Positions 19,934-29,320 of a stretch of 64,000 nucleotides of DNA are shown piece after piece. Location: positions 62,001 through 126,000 of the IMG/VR virus record IMGVR_UViG_3300024999_000030; one strand, written 5' to 3'. The stretch's first letter is position 1. Each line of letters starts with the position of its first letter. The position numbers were made by a program, and so were the translations under genes. A model generated the notes under the pieces. It was not told the DNA's origin and made no database searches. It worked only from the letters and a program-made list of their open reading frames with translations.

Positions 19934-22900
19934 TGATTAAAAATTATCAGCAGATAGTGGCTGATTTAAAAGATAAGCTCCGTAGTCGCATTCAGGGAGC
20001 AGATTTAACTGACGGCTCGGTTATTAAGGAATTATTAGATTCTTATGCCGATGAGCTTTCTGGTTTATATGCTGAAGTCAAAAATATGCAAAATCTGCAG
20101 TCAGTAAAAACAGTATTTGGTTCTGATTTAGATAAACTTGCTTCTAATTATTCCATGCAAAGAAAACAAGCACAAACCGCTGGTGGTGTGGTGTTATTAA
20201 CTCGTTCATTGTTATCCCCTGATGAGCGCATAATAGTGCGTTCTGGATCATTGGTATATACCTCTTCCAGTTCTATTGCCACTAATGCTCCAGTCTCTTT
20301 TAGAATTGTGGGTGATGTGGTTATTTCTGGTGCCAATAGAGAGATTTATCGAGCAACAGCAAATCAATATCGTAGTTTTCTAGATGCCAATGGTATTTAC
20401 GATACATATGCAATTGCTGTGTCGGTTACGGCAGTTAATCAGGGATCCACATCCAATGTTGCAAAGGGCTCTATTCGGAAACACGCAATAGCAGCCGTCA
20501 ATAATGTTATTAACTTTGAAACCACTTCTGGTGGAGAAGATTTAGAGTCAGATGATAATTTCAGAAAAAGATTATTATTAGTATTTGCTGGTAGTAATTT
20601 AACCACTATGTTTGGATTGAAATCATTTTTCATGTCCCAACCAACAGTGAGCGACGTTGCTATTATTGGACCAGGCCACCCATTAATGGTCCGAGATGGT
20701 ACGGTTTCCGACGGCGAAACAGTTCTTGTTCCAGGTTCTGGTGGTATGTTGGATGTTTATATCGCAGGTCGAAAACTAGAACGTGGAGAAGAAAATTTCA
20801 TATTTAGTCCCGTAGCGGGCGTGCCTATTACAGATTCTTCTAATGATTATGTGTTGGGTCGTTCTTCCTATATTGATAGATTTTCTGGATTACTAAGAGA
20901 GTTAGATGCCAGCAATAGAAAGTTATTAGCTTCAGACCCACAATTATATGTGCAAGCGCCCATAGCCGACTTAGTTAGCGTTGTTGGTTCTCAGTCTGGA
21001 GCGTTTGAAAAGGATGTCAATTACACACTTATTAAAGATGCTGATAGTGATTCTCCATCCGCCTTTGCTAATAGTAGTTTTGGTTTTGATAGAATTAGAT
21101 GGCTCAAACAAGAAAAAAGTATTATAGCTGAAGACGTTACAAGAACTCGTGACTCTTCTTATGATTTCACTCAATATACCGATTTGACATCTATTGATGA
21201 TATTCATTCACAATTACCGGTTAATCAAGAGCCAGCGATTGTATCTTCTTCCATTGTAAATGAAAATGGAACATTAGTGGCCACTGTGTATACTAGACAT
21301 ATTCCGGTGTCATCAGTTAGTGCGGTGGAGAATTATGATACTGGTGAAAGATATATTATTGAAAGCTATGATTCAAGCGGTAAAATTAAGATTTCTGGTA
21401 GAGCCTTACCTACCACAGATGCCACTGTTTTAATTTCATATACTTGGGATAAATATTTTGATCCGTCTTTTGATTATTCATTAATTGATAATATGATTTA
21501 TTGGACAGATTCATCTGCACCTTTATTGCAAGTTGGTAAAGATGACATTATCAATGGTGTGGTTTTATCAGATACTATCAACATAAGTGGTGTTACTGGT
21601 TCCATTACAGTGCCCAATGAAATAAATTTAACCGTTTCTGCTCGTGGTACGGGTAAACGTATTGCCGTTGTTCAGGGAATTAGTATTACTACGGTAATGA
21701 ATCAATATCAGCGCGTGACATCAAATATTTCTCTCGATGACACTGGAGCGGCTTATGTTTTTAGAGTAATTCCGCCCACTGATGCTTCTGGAATTATTGG
21801 CGGCGTATATGAAAGAGATGTGGTGACGTCATATGTATCATTGGCTCGTAGGGGAGATACTATTGGGCGTGTCTATCCTGAAACAAATCCTTTGTCGCTA
21901 AATGGCACCTTCACTTATCCAGAACCAGTTGTAATGTATAGTAATGACACTATTCAGGAAAATAAAATTGTATCATATTCAACAACTAGCAATGGCCTAC
22001 AGTTATTAATTTCAACTACAGATATAACACAACCACGCCCAGGAGATGATATATATTTATCATTCCTTTGGGAAGTGCGACATCCAGTTTCATCCACATC
22101 CAACACTACACGCCACGCTGATGAGACCGGTACGATTAGAACATATTATGTGTTAGGAACAACGGAAGGGCTCACTGAAGACACAATAAGAAATGTGAAT
22201 AATCCAATGTATGTTAATCCTAATTCTGGTTTAGCTAATATTGGTAACTATGATAGATTGATTTTTGCTGGAGCGATTAGTGGCTCCAACAATGCTCAAT
22301 ATACATATAAGAGATTTGCCACAATAGATAATATTGCAGTATCCACAGATAATTATTCTTTATTTACTGGTGTAACTGTAAGCTTAGTGTCTTCTCCAAT
22401 TTCCTCCACGCGCTATAAAGTAAATTATACATATTCCTCTCCAAAACCCGGTGAGCGCATTTTAACAACATACTTTTATAATAAATCGGTTGGAGACTTA
22501 ACTAAAACTATAGAAAGCGAGCGCATTATTAATACTGACATATTGGTGAAAGCCGCTATCGAAGTCCCATTATTTGTGGCTGTGTCAATAGTGGCCGCAA
22601 GTGGCAGTAATCCAGTTACTATGCAATCTGCTGTATCGAATGCCCTTCTTACCATTATGAATACAGAAAGTTTAGGCGGGACTTTACAACCTTCATATGT
22701 CTCATCTGAACTTTTTAGATTAGTATCGGGCCTCATAAATGTTAATTTTACTAGATTTAGTAAACAAACGGAAACAGGTACAAAAGAAATATTATTAAAA
22801 GATAATGAATATTATAGTTTGAGTTCGTCTAATGCAACAGTCGTCGTGGCTGTGGGCCGTGAAACTGTTGGTAAAGATTATTTTACCGAAGGAGCCACCT

Positions 22901-22989
22901 CCCCAACGCTACAACCTACGGGGCAGGCTTCGACATGTGAGAATGCTCGAAACGTTATTTATAATCCCAAAGAGTGTTCTCCTAGATAA
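19933..22989 (+). CDS. Baseplate J / gp6-like wedge protein (enlarged, 1018 aa)
   Basis: DLTDGSVIKELLD, GSDLDKLASNYSMQRKQAQTAGGVV, AVNQGSTSNV...I and TSGGEDLESDDNFRKR are baseplate J motifs. Confidence 0.85.
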   Translation: MIKNYQQIVADLKDKLRSRIQGADLTDGSVIKELLDSYADELSGLYAEVKNMQNLQSVKTVFGSDLDKLASNYSMQRKQAQTAGGVVLLTRSLLSPDERIIVRSGSLVYTSSSSIATNAPVSFRIVGDVVISGANREIYRATANQYRSFLDANGIYDTYAIAVSVTAVNQGSTSNVAKGSIRKHAIAAVNNVINFETTSGGEDLESDDNFRKRLLLVFAGSNLTTMFGLKSFFMSQPTVSDVAIIGPGHPLMVRDGTVSDGETVLVPGSGGMLDVYIAGRKLERGEENFIFSPVAGVPITDSSNDYVLGRSSYIDRFSGLLRELDASNRKLLASDPQLYVQAPIADLVSVVGSQSGAFEKDVNYTLIKDADSDSPSAFANSSFGFDRIRWLKQEKSIIAEDVTRTRDSSYDFTQYTDLTSIDDIHSQLPVNQEPAIVSSSIVNENGTLVATVYTRHIPVSSVSAVENYDTGERYIIESYDSSGKIKISGRALPTTDATVLISYTWDKYFDPSFDYSLIDNMIYWTDSSAPLLQVGKDDIINGVVLSDTINISGVTGSITVPNEINLTVSARGTGKRIAVVQGISITTVMNQYQRVTSNISLDDTGAAYVFRVIPPTDASGIIGGVYERDVVTSYVSLARRGDTIGRVYPETNPLSLNGTFTYPEPVVMYSNDTIQENKIVSYSTTSNGLQLLISTTDITQPRPGDDIYLSFLWEVRHPVSSTSNTTRHADETGTIRTYYVLGTTEGLTEDTIRNVNNPMYVNPNSGLANIGNYDRLIFAGAISGSNNAQYTYKRFATIDNIAVSTDNYSLFTGVTVSLVSSPISSTRYKVNYTYSSPKPGERILTTYFYNKSVGDLTKTIESERIINTDILVKAAIEVPLFVAVSIVAASGSNPVTMQSAVSNALLTIMNTESLGGTLQPSYVSSELFRLVSGLINVNFTRFSKQTETGTKEILLKDNEYYSLSSSNATVVVAVGRETVGKDYFTEGATSPTLQPTGQASTCENARNVIYNPKECSPR

Positions 22990-23010
22990 AAATCCTAGGG
23001 GCGTGGACCA

Positions 23011-26000
23011 ATGAATAAATTACCTGTGAAGCTAATTGCTGTTACAGCAATAGCTTTAGATGAACTGGAGGCGGTATTTAACCAGCCAGTTAATCCCAAC
23101 CTTACCAATGCTAATTTTGTTATTTCCCCACTTTATGGGGTTGGCAATTTAAACATAGTTTCCATTACACAGTCACTAGATAGTTCTGTAACAATTATAA
23201 TACATACAGATACACAAATACCATTTATGCTGTATCGAGTAGTGACTTCTGGTGTGCGTGCTCTCACTAGTAGTGCTATTATAGAAACAAATTCGGTAGA
23301 CAATATAGCTGTATTTGATGGTTTTGCGACTGATAGTGTTATTTTAGATCGAATGATAGATTCTTTGTCTCCTATGTTAGCTAATAAAACTAAGATAGAA
23401 CCCACCACAGGACAAGAGGTAGAAACTTTTACTAGTAAGCTATTTAGGGTTGTGTCCGATGAATTATCCAGAATTGAAGATGAAATTGGAAAAACTGAAG
23501 CAGATTATTTTATTGGTGTTCAAGTTGACTCTGAAGCTGTAACGCGTGGTCGAGGCCACTATGATAAATTAAATAACATAGGCGCAAATGAAATTACAAG
23601 AGTTGCAAAAGAAAAATCTAGTAAAGCAATTATTAAATCTGATACTTCTTCAGTATTTTTTGATGGAGATGTTCAACTTATAACTCAAAGTATTATGGGG
23701 TCGTTAACCGTGTCTCTAACTCCTAGTTCTGGTTATTTGGAGGTGGACGCTCTTAGTCCCTCCTTAATCAATGCTAGTAGATTTATGTTGGGTTTTCCCG
23801 CTCCCCAAGCTGGAGATAAGAGATATATTCGTTTTGTAAATGCTGAAGAAGCCACTATCACAGCTACCCCATATGTTTTAGAGGTCCAATTGGGGCCTAT
23901 TCTTAAAGTGTTGGCTGTAATGGTCCAAACTGGACCAGTTATGGCAATGTACGATTTGTCTAGTTATGCATTGAAGACTAATTTTTATGATGTTGGAAAT
24001 GCTTATGTTGATGTTAAATTAACAGACACCCAATTTAAATTAAGTCCGGTTTTAGGAGTCCCTCCTCCACAAGCTGGAGATAAAGTTTTTGTGGTATATT
24101 CTTATAATAACTCTACTAGAAAAATTCAGGAAAATTTAAATGTTACCGCTGTAGTTGGCTTACCACCTGCTAGAGTCACCAACACCACATTACCAATTAT
24201 AGGTACACCAGATCCAAATTTAGATCCAGTTTTTAATGAAATAGAAATGGAACAATCTTCAGCTTCTGGCGGCGCATTTTTCATTAACAATGTTGGTTTG
24301 TTATCTTATTCTGGAATTAGTAATGCAACTTCTACTAATACCTCTTTAGTCATTATGAAAAAAGAAGTTGATGTTTTAATTCGTATAGACCATGATTTAA
24401 CTTTAACTGAACTTTCAGATGGTAGATTTGTTTGTTTAAATCCATTTCAACGTGAAGTATCTTGGTCTGTGGTGCGTACTTTAAGCTGGGGCGAGTATAT
24501 GGTAAATTATAGAAATACTCAATCCACTTCAGCTCAAACAGAAATAGCTATTGCACAATTTGATGCAGGGTCGCCCAATGATACACTTTTAGCGGCAAGA
24601 TTGACCGCTTTTCCACAAGTGATATACGTAAGTTATTTGAGATTAGCTACATATGAAGAAGATATTGACTATAGCGTTATTTTAGGTAACGCTAATGTAT
24701 ATGCAAACAACCCATTGATGACTGGCGCGATTGCTTTGCCATCATCTGATTCTAGTCAAATATCAGAAGGCCAGATTGTAAATATAGCCTATCAATATGA
24801 AGATGTTTTTGTTGAGGGCCGGGATTATAATTTATTTGCAAATGTTGAGGAATGTTATGAAAGGGTTGGTTCCTCTATGTTTATAGATGAAGATGGTAAA
24901 TTTAACATTAAAACACAACATAGTCCCATAGAAGAAGTAAACAAAGTATTTAGTGAAGGTACTGGTATCGATTATACAGTTAATCATGTTTATGATGATC
25001 GTATAATTGTAAATGAACCGATTAGTGTTGAAAATGTAATAGAGGTAGTAACATTTAAAGACGTTACAGATGTTATAGAATTAAAGGATGTTGCTGGAGC
25101 CCTTTCACTCTCCCATGCAATGTTACTTAATGAAGCAAAGACAACTATAGGTGGAACTGTATATGATTCAGTATCATTACAAAAAGTTGATAAAATTGCG
25201 ATTAGGACGGCATATCTTAGTGGAACCGATGGGTTTTTATTACAATTCCAAAATAAATTAATTTCCGAAGGTGAAACCGCAGACAGATTTACCGGTATTG
25301 ATACCACTAGTGTATTGTATCCATTTACAATTGATCCATATTTATTAACGGACGCTTATCTTCAAAATCAAGGTCTTTTTGAAGATGTTTTTAATAAAAA
25401 TGATTGTATAAATATTACCACGTTTGTAGGAATCAATGAAGAGCCAACATGTTTTTATGGTACTATTGATTCCTCTGTTTCATTTGAGCCTACAGTTTGC
25501 GTTCATGATACTGGAGCGGTTTGTGACGTTACTGGTACGGCATTTAGTCCCATTGACGGGTATAATGTTGATGCTAATTTATATAAATCTCATTGTAAGT
25601 CTCAGTCTTGTTTTAAATATACATCAGTATTTCATAAAGAAGTACCGTTTATTGATGGTAAAACTGAATTTTATCGGCGTGTTATTGGAGAGGATGGCAT
25701 TCCCCTTGTAGATAAAAATGGACAATATATTTTTACCAGACGTGAAGCTCCAGGGGCTTATTCTATTGATTATATAAACGGGGTTGTTCATGTGGCAATT
25801 GATTCTTGGGCACCGGTCGTGGGTCTTCAGTCTCAAATTGTAGCTAGATATACCACGGCAGCACTTCAAGCTAGACATCAAAATGTCTTAAATGTTAATT
25901 ATGTACAAAAACAAGCAATTTCATCTTCTGCTGGTCAAAACATTCAAAAGACTGCATTAAACTATCTTAAGGTAGATCACATTGATAACGATACAATTTA

Positions 26001-29000
26001 TCTATCTGATGTTTGTCGTTTTGATAATAATATTCATTGTACTAATTACCCATATCCAATGTCACAATTTGAACAAACTTATCAGGGTGCCTTTACTCCT
26101 GCGGGCTGTGTTTACGATCAAACTACTGGTTCTTATAGTTCTTGTGTTAAAATGGACGGTATAATTGCTGCTGATGGAGCTTCACCAGTAGAAGCTGATC
26201 CAGATTTTATTTATCGTAAATCCGCAACGTCTAAAGTGAACAGTATTTGCTTAGAAACCTCTTGTAGGTTTTATAGCGCCTCTGGTAAACAAAAGGATTT
26301 TGCTGGTATTAACGGTCGGGGATTATATTATCAAAATTGCCGTAATTCTTTATGTCCAAATTATCAACCTATTTTATTGGGTAATAATGAAGAAATTCTC
26401 GCTAATTATAATTACGTAGTGGATAATATAGTTGTTGATTATGTCTATGGTGATAATGGTATAGACTGGAGCCCTAATTTATCAGCTTTACGTCAAACTG
26501 CGGGTAGATTTGGCATTGACACAGCAGGAGAAACATATTATGTTTCCTATAAATACGGAGCTAGGGAACCCGCTCTTTATAGTAATTTTGCTTATTTATT
26601 GGGAACAAGAGAGCTGGATGAAAGTTCTAGACGGTGGGCAAAAGAAACCTATAGAAAAGCTATTAGCGGAGTTATCGCTGCCTATCTTAAGGGTCCAACT
26701 TTATTTGGAATAGAAGAACTCGTCAAAACATTTACAGCTACCACACCTGAAATTAAAGAAGGAAACACTCTTGGTTGGCGTTTAGATATTGATCATTTAT
26801 ATAGTTTACCTGCGATATTTACTGGAACTACATTTTATAGTACCTCTACTCCAGTTACGGGCCAATCAGATCCATTTGGTAAGGGTCTTTGGATGCGGGA
26901 CAATAATGCCCTAACATATGATGCTGATGTTAATTTTAGAATTTCTGAAGGTGGGCTAGATTTATTTGTTGGTACAAATTGGTTGCGTAAAAATACATCA
27001 CCTGTTATTTTAGATTTATATCAAAATAATTCTAAAGGTTTACGTGGTGAAGCCATTATTACCGACACCTCAGTTAGTGCTGTGGGATTAGTATATGATC
27101 CTGATTCTGAATCAGCACAAATTTCGCATCAAGCAATTTGGGAAAATGTAATTGATGCCGGAGCAGTTGTATCTTGGAAATCTTTTAGTTTGGGTTCAGC
27201 TATCACCAACGGTAAGGTTAACGAATTTTCTGCAGTTGATGTTGATGTGTGGTTTTTACCCTGGAATGAAGCTGAGTATGGCAGCGAATATTGTGGTATT
27301 GTTGGGCAAGCGGACACTGAGTCTTATGCAACTTGGTATGGAGAAAATTATGGTTATCCAGAAATTGGTCCTCCTTATGCTAGAATTTCTTTAGAAACTT
27401 TTACTGGTACTGACGGTTATTTGTGTCCACATTTAAATATGGAATCGTGTGCTCAAAATACTCCACCAGCATATTGCTTAAACAAAGATTCTTCTGTATT
27501 GTATGTGACGGGTGAGAATGACGAAAACGCAACGATTACTATTGAAAAATTACAAAAAGCCGTTGGTCGTAGAGTCACAATTATTAATGGCGAGCAGGCA
27601 AATAGAAATTATTATGTGTTAGATTATGTTGCTGAAGACACAACGATTGGAAACACAACATATCATGTATATGGATTGCATTTAGATGGCATGTCAGCTA
27701 TGGATTATGCTGAAAACATTGAATACATTATTCACTCATCGCCTATTCAATCTTTATCTTTATCTTTACCTAATTCCAGACATTTACGCGTCAGAATGCA
27801 AATCTCAGTTAATCCATTAAGTGAAACTGGATATGGTGAATATTATAATGAATATCAAGGTTATGGAGAATATTACGGGGAAGTAGAAAATCTAAGTACG
27901 GCTAAACTTGGAATTACTGATATAGTGGTTACTTATAATAATCCAGTGTGTGCGGTTCCAAGTGCTAAAATTACGACTCTGTTTGATGTAAATCATGAAA
28001 ATAGTGGTCCATATAGTAATCGATTATCTATTTTCAAAGATACAGAAAATTTATTACATTTTAGATTATATGAACATGTGGAATTAAACAAAACATCAAT
28101 GTTGAAGCCAATGTCCAGTGGCATTTCTTCTGTGTTTATTTCAGAAGAGGGATGCAGATCTTATTATGAAGTTGTTTTAGATTTAGAAAAATTTGATTTT
28201 GATTTAATGTGGTCTCGTCGAACACGTCAATACATTGCTATGAGTTGGAAATTAAATGATGGAACGCAAACCTGCGCTCAGAAAGATAGTGAAATTCACG
28301 CTTTTATTAATGGCGCTGAAATTAGCACTCAACCAGAAGATGGACAAAGTTTACAAGATTGGATTGAAAATAGAGTGAGTTGGGTAAGAAGGGGAATTTT
28401 GTGTCCCGATGGAACATTAACAGAAACTGATATATTCAATTTATCTAAAAACAATGGGCTTGTTGATGTAGTGAGGGAGGATTCATTTATTCAAAGAGAT
28501 AGGTTTAATACTATAACGCTTTGTGATTCCCCTAAGTATGACACTACTGATATTTCTGTTTGGTTTAATGGTTGGAAAGAAGACACTACTGCCCAATGGG
28601 CACAAACAACTGTAACCCCTGAAAACATTAGTTACTATGGTAATAGACTTATGTTAGAAGCTGTAGATTTAAATAAATTGTGGCCATGCGCATTTATTCT
28701 CAATAGCTATCCATCGGCTGGAAATATTTATGGTGAACCGGTTTCTGGCGTATATACTTCTCAAATATATGATAGTACGATGTTGGGATTGGAGTGGACT
28801 AAATTAGCAATTAAAGCCTCTACATCAAGCCTTCAACGTCGAGGTTATATTATGAGAGATACCATTGGTTGTGGTATTAGTTTAGATGGCTGTACATCAG
28901 AATACTGTGATTATGGATATGATGCATATGGGTATGATGCATATGGCTCTAGCGCGCTTAAATCGTTATTTAAAATTATGTATCGCACTGCGGACTATTC

Positions 29001-29307
29001 TGATACATTGATAACAGAACCATGGATTGAATTAGATCTTATTAATAATATATCCAGTGAAGACGATGGATATGTTTACAGTGATTCAGTGTACGCTTAT
29101 GTTTTAAAATGTGATTGGACAGTAGATTATGAAGCCACATTATCTGGAGTTAACGGTAGATATATTCAATATCGCATAGAAATGTTAACAAATGGTAAGG
29201 ATTCACCGGTAATTTTTTCTGTAGATTTTAATAGTGTTAAAACTTTATTCAGCACTGATTTGAATTTTAATTTATCTGGTCAAGAACTCACGATGTCGTT
29301 AATATAA
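23011..29307 (+). CDS. Giant baseplate wedge/fibre-attachment protein (Ig-like N-terminus, gp7/gpI-like segment, LamG-like region, Cys-rich and Tyr-Gly motifs)
   Basis: Follows J. Ig-like start (VTAIALDELEAVFNQPV...NFVI); TYRKAISGVIAAYLKGPTLFGIEELVKTF resembles the gpI/gp7 helical segment; ends GRYIQYRIEML...SPVIFSV. Confidence 0.6.
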   Translation: MNKLPVKLIAVTAIALDELEAVFNQPVNPNLTNANFVISPLYGVGNLNIVSITQSLDSSVTIIIHTDTQIPFMLYRVVTSGVRALTSSAIIETNSVDNIAVFDGFATDSVILDRMIDSLSPMLANKTKIEPTTGQEVETFTSKLFRVVSDELSRIEDEIGKTEADYFIGVQVDSEAVTRGRGHYDKLNNIGANEITRVAKEKSSKAIIKSDTSSVFFDGDVQLITQSIMGSLTVSLTPSSGYLEVDALSPSLINASRFMLGFPAPQAGDKRYIRFVNAEEATITATPYVLEVQLGPILKVLAVMVQTGPVMAMYDLSSYALKTNFYDVGNAYVDVKLTDTQFKLSPVLGVPPPQAGDKVFVVYSYNNSTRKIQENLNVTAVVGLPPARVTNTTLPIIGTPDPNLDPVFNEIEMEQSSASGGAFFINNVGLLSYSGISNATSTNTSLVIMKKEVDVLIRIDHDLTLTELSDGRFVCLNPFQREVSWSVVRTLSWGEYMVNYRNTQSTSAQTEIAIAQFDAGSPNDTLLAARLTAFPQVIYVSYLRLATYEEDIDYSVILGNANVYANNPLMTGAIALPSSDSSQISEGQIVNIAYQYEDVFVEGRDYNLFANVEECYERVGSSMFIDEDGKFNIKTQHSPIEEVNKVFSEGTGIDYTVNHVYDDRIIVNEPISVENVIEVVTFKDVTDVIELKDVAGALSLSHAMLLNEAKTTIGGTVYDSVSLQKVDKIAIRTAYLSGTDGFLLQFQNKLISEGETADRFTGIDTTSVLYPFTIDPYLLTDAYLQNQGLFEDVFNKNDCINITTFVGINEEPTCFYGTIDSSVSFEPTVCVHDTGAVCDVTGTAFSPIDGYNVDANLYKSHCKSQSCFKYTSVFHKEVPFIDGKTEFYRRVIGEDGIPLVDKNGQYIFTRREAPGAYSIDYINGVVHVAIDSWAPVVGLQSQIVARYTTAALQARHQNVLNVNYVQKQAISSSAGQNIQKTALNYLKVDHIDNDTIYLSDVCRFDNNIHCTNYPYPMSQFEQTYQGAFTPAGCVYDQTTGSYSSCVKMDGIIAADGASPVEADPDFIYRKSATSKVNSICLETSCRFYSASGKQKDFAGINGRGLYYQNCRNSLCPNYQPILLGNNEEILANYNYVVDNIVVDYVYGDNGIDWSPNLSALRQTAGRFGIDTAGETYYVSYKYGAREPALYSNFAYLLGTRELDESSRRWAKETYRKAISGVIAAYLKGPTLFGIEELVKTFTATTPEIKEGNTLGWRLDIDHLYSLPAIFTGTTFYSTSTPVTGQSDPFGKGLWMRDNNALTYDADVNFRISEGGLDLFVGTNWLRKNTSPVILDLYQNNSKGLRGEAIITDTSVSAVGLVYDPDSESAQISHQAIWENVIDAGAVVSWKSFSLGSAITNGKVNEFSAVDVDVWFLPWNEAEYGSEYCGIVGQADTESYATWYGENYGYPEIGPPYARISLETFTGTDGYLCPHLNMESCAQNTPPAYCLNKDSSVLYVTGENDENATITIEKLQKAVGRRVTIINGEQANRNYYVLDYVAEDTTIGNTTYHVYGLHLDGMSAMDYAENIEYIIHSSPIQSLSLSLPNSRHLRVRMQISVNPLSETGYGEYYNEYQGYGEYYGEVENLSTAKLGITDIVVTYNNPVCAVPSAKITTLFDVNHENSGPYSNRLSIFKDTENLLHFRLYEHVELNKTSMLKPMSSGISSVFISEEGCRSYYEVVLDLEKFDFDLMWSRRTRQYIAMSWKLNDGTQTCAQKDSEIHAFINGAEISTQPEDGQSLQDWIENRVSWVRRGILCPDGTLTETDIFNLSKNNGLVDVVREDSFIQRDRFNTITLCDSPKYDTTDISVWFNGWKEDTTAQWAQTTVTPENISYYGNRLMLEAVDLNKLWPCAFILNSYPSAGNIYGEPVSGVYTSQIYDSTMLGLEWTKLAIKASTSSLQRRGYIMRDTIGCGISLDGCTSEYCDYGYDAYGYDAYGSSALKSLFKIMYRTADYSDTLITEPWIELDLINNISSEDDGYVYSDSVYAYVLKCDWTVDYEATLSGVNGRYIQYRIEMLTNGKDSPVIFSVDFNSVKTLFSTDLNFNLSGQELTMSLI
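27829..27882 (+). repeat. Imperfect 30-bp-period repeat encoding GYGEYYNEYQGYGEYYGE
   Basis: ggatatggtgaatattat ... ggttatggagaatattac. Confidence 0.7.
28912..28947 (+). repeat. 15-bp tandem repeat (about 2.4 copies) encoding YGYDA-YGYDA-YG
   Basis: tatggatatgatgca tatgggtatgatgca tatggc. Confidence 0.8.
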
Positions 29308-29320
29308 TGGATATGAAATA

